Part shown: positions 20,057 to 30,384 of the stretch, in pieces
Position numbering within the stretch: the first letter of the stretch is position 1
Layout of the letters: the number at the start of each line of letters is the position of its first letter
Assembly: GCA_964651815.1 (NCBI GenBank)
Contig: CAZYWG010000002.1
Coordinates: 28,522-92,521 of the forward strand
Direction: 5' to 3'
Length of the DNA stretch: 64,000 nt
Source: an uncultured Gammaproteobacteria bacterium
GTDB taxonomy: Bacteria; Patescibacteriota; Microgenomatia; Levybacterales; GWA1-39-11
Made by a program: the position numbers and the translations under genes
Notes under the pieces: generated by a model
Told to the model about the DNA's origin: nothing
What the model saw: the letters and a program-made list of their open reading frames with translations, nothing else
Databases searched by the model: none

Positions 20057-20907
20057 GCTGTCTTGAAGTATTTAGGGAAATATTTATATTTTGGAGGAGG
20101 GAAATTTCCCTTTTCGAACGCTTGTTGAAACCCTTTGTATTTTTCAACCCGCTCAGGATACCAAGTCTGCCCTTTAATTAATGGGTCATTTTTATGTTTT
20201 TTGAATATTTGTTCAAATGCTTTGCCCTGATCAACATAAGAAGTATTAGAAACTATTCCATCTTTCCCAAATTTCTGAACATATTCAAATAAAACGTATG
20301 GTATATGCATATATCCATTCGGGAATGATTTACCAAGATTCATTATGAAATCCAAGTCATCAAGCATTCTAAAATTTTTATCCCATTTGACCCCTTTTCT
20401 TATTACGATCGATTTGTGAAATATTCCGGTACCACATGTTCTTACCTTCCAGTGGTAAAAATCTTGTAACTTCACGTCTAAATTTTGCGCCGAGCTTGAA
20501 TTAGTAAAATCTATGAGCTTGTTATTTTCATAAAGTTCAACTCGCCGGTTATAATTACATGTCGCAAAAATTTTCTTAGGATTTTTCTTAAAGAACTCAC
20601 GAGCAACAGAAAGATAGTTTTCATAAACGGGGTCGTCACTATCAATATAGGTAATTATATTTCCATTAGCTCTTTTGAGACCATAATTGCGGGCCGCCGA
20701 ACCACCACCCCTATTTGTTTTAAAAAATTTAATTCTCGGATCTTTTTGAAATTCTGCAACAACCTGCTCCGTATTATCAGTTGAACCGTCGTCAACAATT
20801 ATCATTTCCCAATTTGGATAAATTTGTTTTTGAACTGACTGAATTGTTTTCCAAATTATATAGCCCCGGTTAAAACTTGGAGTAACTATCGAAAATAAAT
20901 CTGACAT
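20044..20907 (-). CDS. Glycosyltransferase family 2
   Basis: SIVTPSFNR, IVDDGSTD, ARN.G, IDSDD. Confidence 0.92.
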   Translation of the reverse strand: MSDLFSIVTPSFNRGYIIWKTIQSVQKQIYPNWEMIIVDDGSTDNTEQVVAEFQKDPRIKFFKTNRGGGSAARNYGLKRANGNIITYIDSDDPVYENYLSVAREFFKKNPKKIFATCNYNRRVELYENNKLIDFTNSSSAQNLDVKLQDFYHWKVRTCGTGIFHKSIVIRKGVKWDKNFRMLDDLDFIMNLGKSFPNGYMHIPYVLFEYVQKFGKDGIVSNTSYVDQGKAFEQIFKKHKNDPLIKGQTWYPERVEKYKGFQQAFEKGNFPPPKYKYFPKYFKTAKTR

Positions 20908-20980
20908 TTGCCGCTATTATACTGAATAAGGTGTATTATTTCTATTAATATCTTTGATGTATAATTTACCAAATAATACT

Positions 20981-21619
20981 ATGAACAACATAAAAGCGGT
21001 TATTTTTGATTTGGATGGCACAATAATTGACACTGAGGATATTTGGACACTAATAGATACAGAATTTATAAAAAGAAAAGGGCATGTTTATAGAGAAAAG
21101 GATACAAAACATTTGATGATGGGTAAAAGCGTTAGTGATGGTGTTGAAATTCTTCGCGAGATTTATTCCTTTGAAGGTGATAATGCAATTCTTGCAGATG
21201 AAAGAAGGGGGATTGCAACTGCGTTTCTTTCGAATAACGTATATTTTGTTGACGGGTTTTTAGAGTTTTTTGAAAAGATAAATCAAAAATACAAAGTTGC
21301 AATTGGTACATCAATGGAAAAAGTTTTTCTTTCGGCAATTGATAAAAGACTTAGTTTTACAAAGTATTTTGGGAGTCACGTTTATTCAATTGAAGATGTA
21401 GGATTTGTCTCAAAACCAAGCCCAGACATTTTTTTACACGCCGCAAACAAATTGAAAACAAGACCCGAAAATTGCGTAGTTATTGAAGATTCTCCAAATG
21501 GAGTTGAAGCAGCAAAACGGGCAAAAATGAATTGTGTAGCAATTACAACAACTACAAAAAGAGGGCAATTATCAAAAGCAGATGTTATAGTTGATTCATA
21601 TCAAAAAATCTCGCTCTAG
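20981..21619 (+). CDS. HAD-family phosphatase (beta-PGM-like)
   Basis: FDLDGT, KPSPDIF, IEDSPNG. Confidence 0.9.
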   Translation: MNNIKAVIFDLDGTIIDTEDIWTLIDTEFIKRKGHVYREKDTKHLMMGKSVSDGVEILREIYSFEGDNAILADERRGIATAFLSNNVYFVDGFLEFFEKINQKYKVAIGTSMEKVFLSAIDKRLSFTKYFGSHVYSIEDVGFVSKPSPDIFLHAANKLKTRPENCVVIEDSPNGVEAAKRAKMNCVAITTTTKRGQLSKADVIVDSYQKISL

Positions 21620-21636
21620 ACTTCTTCTGAATCCCT

Positions 21637-23256
21637 TTATTTTCGGGGTGAAATGTGATTCACAAATACAGGCTTTGGCGACTCTTTATAATGCACTAAC
21701 TTGTAAACCTTGAGTACCGACACAGGCCACTCTGCCGCAATTTCAGCTCGCCCAAAACCTGCCACCTCCCAAAGAGACGCGCCAAGCGGCTCGCAATTTG
21801 GATCTTCACATACTACAAACAATTGGTTGGTTACACTTTTTCGCTCAGGATCTATACCTGTATATTGAATTGTTACCGGCGGGTGTCCGTCAACTTCAAA
21901 GATATATCTATACGCATGGTCTGAATTTCCTAACGTCAAAAGAGCAAAATTAAATGGCTTATTTTCTGTTTTTTGAAGAATAAATTCAGAGATTTTTTTT
22001 ACTTGTATGTACTGCTGATTGCCAGGTGCGGCATATGGATATCCAAGCAAATTAAGATATATTAAAACAACAAAAATCAAGGCAGCGACTAATTTATAAA
22101 ATATTTTTTGTAACCAAAAATAAGACAATAAATTTCCTACAAGCAAGAAGGGCACGGGAAACATAAATTCAAAATAATAATCGTAAATTGGCTTACGATA
22201 AAACCCAAACAAAATTACGCCAAACGAAAACCAAAGCAAAATTAGAAGATATTTAAGAAAATCGCGCTTTTTAGATCTGGCAGATTCGACAAATTGAAAT
22301 ACAAGAAATGTCGTTGAAAAAATTCCAAGAATAATTGCTCCCCAGTACCAATATGGAATTGCTTTTGCATAGACATACATCCTTTCCGGCGGTGGAAAAT
22401 ACATAACAAGTCTTGCAAAACTTCTGAAGAAAATATCCCCAACAGTTTGAATGAAAGTTGAATGTGTTAAATCTGTTGCCGTAGTGTCGCCATGCACAAT
22501 GAAATTTATTACAGTTTTGACATTGGGAAAGCCGTGGCGTGCTTCAAATGCTAGAAAAGGGGATAGTCCGATTAGAAATCCAACAAGAATTGCAATATAT
22601 TCTCTCCCTAGCCTGACAATCAGATCTTTTTTACCAATAAAAATATTTCCAATTAAAACATATAAAAAGATAATTACACCGACAAAAATTTCGATATAAT
22701 GAAGTTGAAATGCAATTCCGTAGAGAATTCCTATGATTGCGAATTTTGGGACTGTTGGCTTTTGGATCCACCGGTACAATAAGTAAAAAATCACCATTGA
22801 AAAAAAAGGCATAGGGTTTGGGTTCCAAGATGACCTTGAGTATTGAATTACGAGTGGCGAAATTGCGTAAAGCGCGGCGGCAATAAGCGCGGCTGTTGGG
22901 TTGAACCAGCGGCGGCCAAATTCGTAAATCATGTATGTTGTTATAACCGAAAGTAGGGCAATCATTATTGCGGGACCCACCGGATTGTAATTTGCCAAAA
23001 ACAGAAACGGCGCCATCATATAGTAATAAATAGGCCCGGTAAAAAAGTCGCCAGCGGATGCGCGTGGGCCAAGAAGTGTAAAATGTCCATGTAGAATATC
23101 GCGGACTATTAAAACATCTCTCCCCTCATCACCTAAAAAAGTAAGGTAATCTTGGATTTTATAGATTCTAAAAAATGCAGCAATTATTAAAATTACAGCA
23201 AGTATTATGATTTGAATGTAATTTTTACGAATAAACAATGTAGCGTCCGAAAGCAT
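21637..23256 (-). CDS. GT-C fold membrane glycosyltransferase (ArnT/PMT-like)
   Basis: About 11 TMs; F.GDEGRD, GP.YYY, SRSSWNPN. Confidence 0.8.
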   Translation of the reverse strand: MLSDATLFIRKNYIQIIILAVILIIAAFFRIYKIQDYLTFLGDEGRDVLIVRDILHGHFTLLGPRASAGDFFTGPIYYYMMAPFLFLANYNPVGPAIMIALLSVITTYMIYEFGRRWFNPTAALIAAALYAISPLVIQYSRSSWNPNPMPFFSMVIFYLLYRWIQKPTVPKFAIIGILYGIAFQLHYIEIFVGVIIFLYVLIGNIFIGKKDLIVRLGREYIAILVGFLIGLSPFLAFEARHGFPNVKTVINFIVHGDTTATDLTHSTFIQTVGDIFFRSFARLVMYFPPPERMYVYAKAIPYWYWGAIILGIFSTTFLVFQFVESARSKKRDFLKYLLILLWFSFGVILFGFYRKPIYDYYFEFMFPVPFLLVGNLLSYFWLQKIFYKLVAALIFVVLIYLNLLGYPYAAPGNQQYIQVKKISEFILQKTENKPFNFALLTLGNSDHAYRYIFEVDGHPPVTIQYTGIDPERKSVTNQLFVVCEDPNCEPLGASLWEVAGFGRAEIAAEWPVSVLKVYKLVHYKESPKPVFVNHISPRK

Positions 23257-23262
23257 AAGGGA

Positions 23263-24414
23263 TTATTTTTTCTTCCAAATAATTTTTGAGTAAACAGTAA
23301 AATTCCAAATAAGCAAGAGCCCTGTCCCAAGTACAAAATATATATAATAATATTTGAGACTAATTATTAAATGCAGTGTCCCTTCTCCAAAAAAACGGTC
23401 ACCTAAGAAAATTGCTCCTGTTTGAATGAAAATTACGCCAATTGCGCTAGTTGCATAAAATTGAAGTAACTTCCAGATATATGACGTGACATTTTTTGTC
23501 GCGTGCTCGGAAAAAGTCCATAAATTGTTGAGATTGTAGTTTGAAAAAATAGCACAAGCAGCCCCTACCAAATTTGCAACCGAATGGTCAAAATGATAAT
23601 TATCAGACAAAACTTTTAGTATCGCGAAGTTAATAATAAACCCTATTCCTCCAACAACCAAAAATTTGCCCAATTTTCCAAAAATTATCTCCTTTAACCT
23701 TGTTGTAATAACGAAAGTTAAAACGTTGATTATGTATGATAGAGGAGCAATTTTAGAATCCCCTTCGTTTCTTTCACCAAAATGGAACGGGACTTCCCCT
23801 ATTTTAAATCCGTCGCGAATTGCTTTTTTTAAAAATGAAACTTGAAATGTGTAACCTTTAAACTCGGTTAATTCGCTTTTTTCCTTAAGGAAAACTTCTT
23901 TTTTCAAAGCCCTAAAGCCACCCGTCCAATCGTGTACGGAAAACTGTGTAAAAATTATTCTTATAATTAAATTTGCGCAAATTGAAAATATCTTGCGGAT
24001 TAAAGGCCAATGTTCGGGAATTGAACCTCCCTCGCTATATCTGTTGCCAAGTACCATATCATACCCATCATCAATCTTTTTTAGAAATTCCGGAATTTTT
24101 TCTGGGTCATGCTGCAAATCAGCATCCATCTCAAAAACAATATCTGCTCCCATTTTATCTATTGCGTACGTCATCCCCCTAACGTAAGCAGCGCCCAGTC
24201 CGTGCTTAGGACCGCTTGAAATCTCAATGTTTTTATATTTTTCACCTAATTTTTTAACTTCTTCGGCTGTCCCGTCCGGAGAAGAATCATCTGCAACTAA
24301 AATTTTCATCTCATAATTTTTTATCTTGGGGAAAATTTCATCCTCAAGAATTGGAATAATTTTAGCAATGTTATTGCGTTCGTTGTATGTAGGTAGAATG
24401 ATTACTGCTTTCAT
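23263..24414 (-). CDS. Polyprenol-phosphate glycosyltransferase (DPM1-like) fused to GtrA flippase-like domain
   Basis: PTYNE, DDSSPDGT, MDADLQH; C-terminal KFLVVG..NY.LN..WTF. Confidence 0.88.
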   Translation of the reverse strand: MKAVIILPTYNERNNIAKIIPILEDEIFPKIKNYEMKILVADDSSPDGTAEEVKKLGEKYKNIEISSGPKHGLGAAYVRGMTYAIDKMGADIVFEMDADLQHDPEKIPEFLKKIDDGYDMVLGNRYSEGGSIPEHWPLIRKIFSICANLIIRIIFTQFSVHDWTGGFRALKKEVFLKEKSELTEFKGYTFQVSFLKKAIRDGFKIGEVPFHFGERNEGDSKIAPLSYIINVLTFVITTRLKEIIFGKLGKFLVVGGIGFIINFAILKVLSDNYHFDHSVANLVGAACAIFSNYNLNNLWTFSEHATKNVTSYIWKLLQFYATSAIGVIFIQTGAIFLGDRFFGEGTLHLIISLKYYYIYFVLGTGLLLIWNFTVYSKIIWKKK

Positions 24415-24419
24415 AAAAT

Positions 24420-24490
24420 AAACGGCTACATGGTTAAATAGCTATATGGTGTTTCGACAATTTGAACCAAATAACCATTTTAACCATTTA
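24420..24490. repeat. Intergenic 8-mer repeat hairpin
   Basis: acggctac atggttaa atagctat atggtgtt followed by inverted taaccatt copies. Confidence 0.65.
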
Positions 24491-25439
24491 ATGTCCTGAA
24501 GTATTCTATCGTTTTTGCAAGCCCTGCGGCAAGCGCCACTTTTGGTTGAAAGTCTAAAATTGCGTGTGCTTGAGTTATATCAGGTTTCCTTTGGTGGGGG
24601 TCATCTTCTGGTAAGTCTTCGTGAACTATTTCCGAGCTTGAATCTGTTAATTTCTTAATCTTTTGCGCAAGTTCCAAAATTGTATACTCTTCCGGGTTTC
24701 CCAAATTTATTACGCTACCTGAAATGTTTTTTTTAAACATAGAAGAAATTAGACCCTCTACCATATCGTCGACATAGCAAAAGCTCCTAGTTTGGGCGCC
24801 GGTCCCATAAATCGTCAGTGGTTCATCGAAAAGTGCTTGAACAATAAAATTTGACACCACACGCCCGTCATCTTTTTGCATTTTAGGTCCATATGTATTA
24901 AAAATCCTGGCAATTCTAACATCTAAATTATATTTTCTGTAATATGCCATACTTGCGGCTTCTCCAAATCTTTTTCCTTCGTCATAAACAGAACGGATCC
25001 CTACGGGATTTACGTTCCCAAAATAGCTCTCTTTTTGAGGAGATTGGTCTGGGTCTCCATAGACTTCTGATGTTGATGCAAAAACAAAAGTTGAGTTTTT
25101 AGCAAGTGCCAAATCCAGTAAGTTTATAGTTCCTTGTGAATTAACCATAAGTGTCTCAATTGGATAAGCAATGTAACTTCTCTCACTTTTGGCATTTGGG
25201 GAAGCAGGGGACGCTAGGTGAAAAATACCCTTCAGACTGTGATTGATATTTGGAACGGTATGAATTATATCGTAATTTATAAAAATAAAATTTTCATTGT
25301 TATAAAGATGTGAAATATTCTCCTCAGCGCCCGTTATGAAATTATCAACACAAATCACTTTATTATTTTCTTTTAAAAGCGACTCACAAAGGTGTGAACC
25401 AATAAATCCTGCCCCACCGGCAACTAAAAATGTGTGCAT
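24480..25439 (-). CDS. UDP-glucuronate decarboxylase (UDP-xylose synthase-like) SDR
   Basis: GGAGFIGSHL, HLASPASP, STSEVYGDP, RSVYDEGKR, RIFNTYGP, DDP..R.PDI. Confidence 0.9.
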   Translation of the reverse strand: MHTFLVAGGAGFIGSHLCESLLKENNKVICVDNFITGAEENISHLYNNENFIFINYDIIHTVPNINHSLKGIFHLASPASPNAKSERSYIAYPIETLMVNSQGTINLLDLALAKNSTFVFASTSEVYGDPDQSPQKESYFGNVNPVGIRSVYDEGKRFGEAASMAYYRKYNLDVRIARIFNTYGPKMQKDDGRVVSNFIVQALFDEPLTIYGTGAQTRSFCYVDDMVEGLISSMFKKNISGSVINLGNPEEYTILELAQKIKKLTDSSSEIVHEDLPEDDPHQRKPDITQAHAILDFQPKVALAAGLAKTIEYFRTLNG

Positions 25440-25549
25440 TAAACTATTGTAACAAAATGTTGATGAATCATGAAACCCTGCGTCTTTAAGAAGACAGCCT
25501 GGACCCGCAATCGACTCTTGAGAAAACCAATCACTTTATGTAGAATTAT

Positions 25550-26560
25550 ATGAATATGTCCAAAAAGGCTCTTATTGTCGGCGTTTCTTCCCAAGACGGA
25601 TCTTATTTAGCAGATCTTCTTCTTGAGAAAGGATATGACGTTACTGGCACTATCCGTCACACTACAAATTTTAATCAAGAAAATATAAACCATCTTTATG
25701 GAAAGATAAAAATAATAGCAGCGGATTTGGTTGATAACGAAAGCCTTGCTAATGCTGTCCGGAAAACCAAACCAGACGAAGTTTATAATATTGCCGCTCA
25801 AAGTGTTCCGGGAGATTCTTGGACGCATCCGTTCTATACGGGTGAAGCAACAGCTTTAGGGCCTGTACGTACTCTTGAAGCAATTCGTCATTTTGCGCCG
25901 GACGCGAAATTTTATCAAGCAACAAGCCGCGAAATTTTTGGGAATATCGAAGCGGATACTGCAAACGAAACAACTTGTTTTGACGCAAATAATCCATACG
26001 GAATAGCAAAGGCTTATGCCCACATGATGACCAGGTGTTATCGCGAATCTTATGGAGTTTTTGCTTGTGGTGGTATTTTGTTTAACCATGAGAGTCCAAG
26101 ACGAAGTCTTCATTTTGTGACGAGGAAGATTTCTGCCGGTGTTGCCTGTATTAAAAACAAAGTCAAAAACCCACCGCTCAACGAATTAGGTCAACCCTTA
26201 ATTGATAAAGAGGGGAAGCTCCATCTTGGTAATCTTGATGCAACGCGAGATTGGGGTTATGCAAAAGAATATGTTGAAGCCATGTGGCTTATGCTACAAA
26301 ATGATAAGCCAAAGGATTATGTTATTGGGACAAATACGTCAAATTCTGTCAAAGAAGCTTGCGAAATTGCTTTCAAACATGCTGGTCTTAACTGGGAAGA
26401 CCACGTTGTTAGTAATGAAAAGTTACAGAGACCTACAGAAATAAAGGATTTGAAAGGCGATTTTTCTCTTGCCAAAAAGGAGCTTGGGTGGGAACCAAAA
26501 ACGTCATTTGAAGATATAATGAAATTAATGGTAGACGCCGACCTCGAAAGATTTAAATAA
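25550..26560 (+). CDS. gmd: GDP-mannose 4,6-dehydratase
   Basis: QDGSYLA, FYQA.S.E.FG, PYG.AK, FNHESPRR..FVTRKI, LGNLDA.RDWG. Confidence 0.93.
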   Translation: MNMSKKALIVGVSSQDGSYLADLLLEKGYDVTGTIRHTTNFNQENINHLYGKIKIIAADLVDNESLANAVRKTKPDEVYNIAAQSVPGDSWTHPFYTGEATALGPVRTLEAIRHFAPDAKFYQATSREIFGNIEADTANETTCFDANNPYGIAKAYAHMMTRCYRESYGVFACGGILFNHESPRRSLHFVTRKISAGVACIKNKVKNPPLNELGQPLIDKEGKLHLGNLDATRDWGYAKEYVEAMWLMLQNDKPKDYVIGTNTSNSVKEACEIAFKHAGLNWEDHVVSNEKLQRPTEIKDLKGDFSLAKKELGWEPKTSFEDIMKLMVDADLERFK

Positions 26561-27196
26561 TCACTTTTTAACTTTTGCAATTACTTTGATGAATGCAGCT
26601 TTGATTGAATAAAATTTTTCTTCCCCTTCCTCAAGCTTAAGTATTTCGAACTTCCCATCCAAGCAATCTTTTACATAACCTCTGCTGAAAAAATGTCTAA
26701 TGTGACCCTCATTTTCAAACATGTCTTTTTCAAGCTCAAATCCTTTTCCAAAAAGATGATCGTTCGTTGATTTGCAAACGAAACAAAGAAGGCCATCTTG
26801 TTTTAATATTCTAAAAATCTCTTTAAAGATCTTCTTAGTTTTTTCATCGGTAAAATAATGCAACGAGAGCATTGCGTATACAACATTAAATTCTTTATCT
26901 ACAAAACGCAGCGGATAGTTCAGGTCAAGAATTTCAAAAGTTAGATTTTGGATATTTTTGTATCGGCTTTGATTCTTTTTAATTGCGATTTCTGAGAAAT
27001 CAGTTGCTGTGACTTTGTATCCTGCTTTAGCAAATAAAGCAGCATCATTTCCCACTCCACATCCTAACTCTAAAATTTTAGATTGGGGCTTAATAATTTT
27101 TAAAACTTCGTTTGCAAAATTACTCTTCTCTTCAACGTAATGATCAACGTCTCCTTGCAAATGCTTCTTGTTCCAGTGTTGCTTCTGATCGTTCAT
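26561..27196 (-). CDS. Class I SAM-dependent methyltransferase
   Basis: ILELGCGVG, DFS, SLHYF. Confidence 0.85.
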   Translation of the reverse strand: MNDQKQHWNKKHLQGDVDHYVEEKSNFANEVLKIIKPQSKILELGCGVGNDAALFAKAGYKVTATDFSEIAIKKNQSRYKNIQNLTFEILDLNYPLRFVDKEFNVVYAMLSLHYFTDEKTKKIFKEIFRILKQDGLLCFVCKSTNDHLFGKGFELEKDMFENEGHIRHFFSRGYVKDCLDGKFEILKLEEGEEKFYSIKAAFIKVIAKVKK

Positions 27197-27205
27197 TAAT
27201 TCTCG

Positions 27206-28159
27206 TTACTGTTGGGAACGCCAATAATCGAGGGTTTCCTTGAGCGTTTCGTCAATTGGAATTACTGGTTTCCATCCTGTGTTTTTTTCAATTTTTGAAT
27301 TATCACAAACCAAATCTGCCGTATCAACTGGTCTAATCAAACCTGGATCGCTTTCTACTTTTATTTCTTTACTAGAAAGAGAAAGTAAGCGGTTTAAAAT
27401 ATCCTCAATTTTATACGATTTTCCAAAACCTATGTTGTAGACTTCCCCAGCCTCCCCTTTTTCAAGAATTTGAATATATGCCGACATCATGTCGCGAACA
27501 TCTGTAAAATCTCGTCTTGCCGTAAGATTTCCTACTTTTAAAATTGCTTCACTCTTACCTTTTTCAATTTCAGCAATTTTTTTTGCAAACGCCGCCACAA
27601 CAAAATTCGGCGACTGCCTTGGTCCTATATGGTTAAACGGTCTAACACGAACTATCGGAATTTTATACGACAGAAAATATTGCAGTCCCAAAAAATCCTG
27701 AGCTATTTTTGATATTGCATATGGATTTACAGGTCTTAACGGAGTTTCTTCATCTATTGGTAAATCTTTTGCTAAAACATCTCCATAGACTTCTGCAGAT
27801 GAAACAATCAAAACTCTTGGAGAAATTTTGGCATACCTTACAGCTTCCAAAACATTGACTTGCACGTCTATATTATTGTTTATAAATTGCGACGGATTAT
27901 CAAAACTCTGAGCAGCAGATGATAGTGCTGCAAGATGGAAAATATAGTCGGGAGTATTCTCGGCTAAAACTATGTTGACGTCTTGTGAGTTTTGAAGATC
28001 AACCTTACTTAGTTTAATCTTGTCTTTAATTGACGAAATGTTAATCAAGCTATCGTCTGATAGGTAAGTACCGGAAACATCAAATCCTTGAGAAACTAGT
28101 TTCTCGGCAAGAAAACTACCTGCAAAACCAGTTATTCCCGTAATAAATACTTTCTTCAT
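27206..28159 (-). CDS. GDP-4-keto-6-deoxy-D-mannose reductase-like SDR (Rmd/Gmd family)
   Basis: ITGITGFAG, SSAEVYG, PYAISK, RPFNHIGPRQ, RDFTDVRD. Confidence 0.8.
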   Translation of the reverse strand: MKKVFITGITGFAGSFLAEKLVSQGFDVSGTYLSDDSLINISSIKDKIKLSKVDLQNSQDVNIVLAENTPDYIFHLAALSSAAQSFDNPSQFINNNIDVQVNVLEAVRYAKISPRVLIVSSAEVYGDVLAKDLPIDEETPLRPVNPYAISKIAQDFLGLQYFLSYKIPIVRVRPFNHIGPRQSPNFVVAAFAKKIAEIEKGKSEAILKVGNLTARRDFTDVRDMMSAYIQILEKGEAGEVYNIGFGKSYKIEDILNRLLSLSSKEIKVESDPGLIRPVDTADLVCDNSKIEKNTGWKPVIPIDETLKETLDYWRSQQ

Positions 28160-28165
28160 ATACAA

Positions 28166-29455
28166 TCATCTTCCAACTCCCGTATAGTTGAAACCATCAC
28201 CTCTTAATTTCTTAGGATCATACATATTGCGAGCATCGATAATATTGGGTGACTTCATATTTTTTTTGACTTTCTCGAAATCCAGTTCTGCAAAATCATT
28301 CCAATCAGTAAGTACAATTAACAAATCTGCATTCTCTGTTGTTTCATAAATATTTTCGGCGTAAGTAACATTTGGTAAAATTTGCTTTGCATTTTCCATA
28401 GCTTCTGGGTCAAATGCTGTAACACTAGCTCCGTCGTTTATAAGCCATGAAATAATATCAATTGCCGGTGCATCTCTCATATCATCCGTGTTTGGTTTAA
28501 ACGCAAGACCTAATATTCCAATTTTTTTTCCACGGAGTTCACCTAAAATTTTTCGTGATTTTCTCACAATATCGCGTCTAGTTTGGTGATTTATATTTTC
28601 AACTTCAGAAAGCAATGAAAAAGCGTAGTCATTGTCTTTTGCAATGGATATTAACGCGCGTACGTCTTTTGGAAAACAGCTTCCGCCATATCCCGGACCC
28701 GGCGAGAGAAACAAATTACCTATTCTCTTATCCATTCCAATACCTTCTAAAACTCTTAACGCATCTGCACCAAGAAGTTCTGAAAGTTTTGCTATTGCGT
28801 TTGCGTAAGATATTTTGAGCGCAAGAAAAGAATTCGCAGCGTATTTTATAAGCTCAGCAGTCTCGAAATTAGTTAAAAGTACAGGTGCGTGAATTGGTTC
28901 ATGGAGTGAAACCAAAAGTTTTTGGGCCCTTGGATCTTCAGTTCCTATAATAACTCTATCTGGACCGACAGTATCGTTTATTGCACTCCCTTCTCGTAAG
29001 AATTCTGGAACCGATGCGTAAGAAACCTCAGCTCCTTCCGGCTTTGTTTCTTCTAAAATTCTTTGCACTTTCTTGTTAGTACCTATTGGAACCGTACTTT
29101 TTGTAGCAACAACAGTGTATCCTGAAAGATTTGCTCCAATCTTTTCCGCGACACCAAGAACTGCTGAAAGGTCCGCGTCCCCTGTTTTCATCGGAGGTGT
29201 CCCGACTGCAATAAAAACAATATCAGAATCGGAAATAGCGGGTGCGTAATCAAGAGTAAAAAATAACCTACCAGCTTTTATGTTTTTCATAACAAGTTCT
29301 GATAGACCAGGCTCAAATATTGGAATTACCCCTTTTTTTAAATTCTCAACTTTTTCCTTTGTATGTCCTATAACGTATACAGTATTACCAAAATCGGCAA
29401 AAACCGCAGCAGTTACAAGACCTACGTATCCATGTCCTATGAATGTTATTTTCAT
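28166..29455 (-). CDS. ugd: UDP-glucose 6-dehydrogenase
   Basis: GYVGL, KSTVP.GT, PEFLREG, GYGGSCFPKD, FKPNTDD.R. Confidence 0.93.
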   Translation of the reverse strand: MKITFIGHGYVGLVTAAVFADFGNTVYVIGHTKEKVENLKKGVIPIFEPGLSELVMKNIKAGRLFFTLDYAPAISDSDIVFIAVGTPPMKTGDADLSAVLGVAEKIGANLSGYTVVATKSTVPIGTNKKVQRILEETKPEGAEVSYASVPEFLREGSAINDTVGPDRVIIGTEDPRAQKLLVSLHEPIHAPVLLTNFETAELIKYAANSFLALKISYANAIAKLSELLGADALRVLEGIGMDKRIGNLFLSPGPGYGGSCFPKDVRALISIAKDNDYAFSLLSEVENINHQTRRDIVRKSRKILGELRGKKIGILGLAFKPNTDDMRDAPAIDIISWLINDGASVTAFDPEAMENAKQILPNVTYAENIYETTENADLLIVLTDWNDFAELDFEKVKKNMKSPNIIDARNMYDPKKLRGDGFNYTGVGR

Positions 29456-30384
29456 TGCGTTTTAATTTTTTTCAGGGCTTCAAAAAAATCCGTCACTTGA
29501 AAACCTAAGTCTCTAAGTTTATCATTTTCAAGCATTACTTTAAAGGGTCGATTAGCCCTCCCGTGATAGAGATCTGCCCGTGTTGTAAGCTCAATTTTAG
29601 ATTCCGGAAGGCCAAACTCCCGTGCAATCGCAATACCAATCTCATAAGGCGAAAGAAAATTTTTTCCAACAAGATGAATCAATCCCGAAACATTGTTTTC
29701 TATTAAAAAATTAATTCCTCCCGCAATATCTTCTATAAATGTTGGGGTAATTATTTGGTCCGATATCAGCTTAACTACCTCACGTGTGCCTAATAAATCA
29801 ACCAAATTCCAAATTAAATCCTTTTTAAGGCTGCTTTTATACCCAAAAGGATAAGAAATTCTACATGTTAAAGAATCATTGTTCAGAACTTTCTCTCCGT
29901 AAAATTTTGTTTGTCCATACCAATCAATCGGGTCAGGTATGTCAGCTTCTGAATATCTACCCTCTTTTTCTCCGTTAAATACAAAATCGGTTGATATATA
30001 TATTATTTTTAGATTATTTTTAATTGCGTAATCGGAAAGATTTTTTGTTCCAACTGTATTTATCCCGAATGCGGATTTAGACTTTTTCCAGAAATCTAGA
30101 TCAATTTTTTCAAAATCTATCTCTCCATCTATGTATGCTTTTTGTTTTTCAAGTAACTTAATGTCACTTTCGCGATCATCCTCACAAGAATCTACGTTTG
30201 TTTTTGCTGCAAAATGAAGAATAAGGCTCGGTTTTTTTTGCGATAAAAATTTATGCAGATGACGTCTGTCAGTAATATCTACTCCGTATGACGAAGATAT
30301 TGGAATGAGTTCATAACGACTTTTAAATAAATCAAAAAACCTGGAACCTACAAGGCCGGTCGCGCCAGTTATTGCTACTTTCAT
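29452..30384 (-). CDS. rfbD: dTDP-4-dehydrorhamnose reductase-like
   Basis: TGATGLVG, AA.TNVD.CE, ISTDFVF.G, YGQTK, DQ..TPT. Confidence 0.85.
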   Translation of the reverse strand: MKVAITGATGLVGSRFFDLFKSRYELIPISSSYGVDITDRRHLHKFLSQKKPSLILHFAAKTNVDSCEDDRESDIKLLEKQKAYIDGEIDFEKIDLDFWKKSKSAFGINTVGTKNLSDYAIKNNLKIIYISTDFVFNGEKEGRYSEADIPDPIDWYGQTKFYGEKVLNNDSLTCRISYPFGYKSSLKKDLIWNLVDLLGTREVVKLISDQIITPTFIEDIAGGINFLIENNVSGLIHLVGKNFLSPYEIGIAIAREFGLPESKIELTTRADLYHGRANRPFKVMLENDKLRDLGFQVTDFFEALKKIKTQ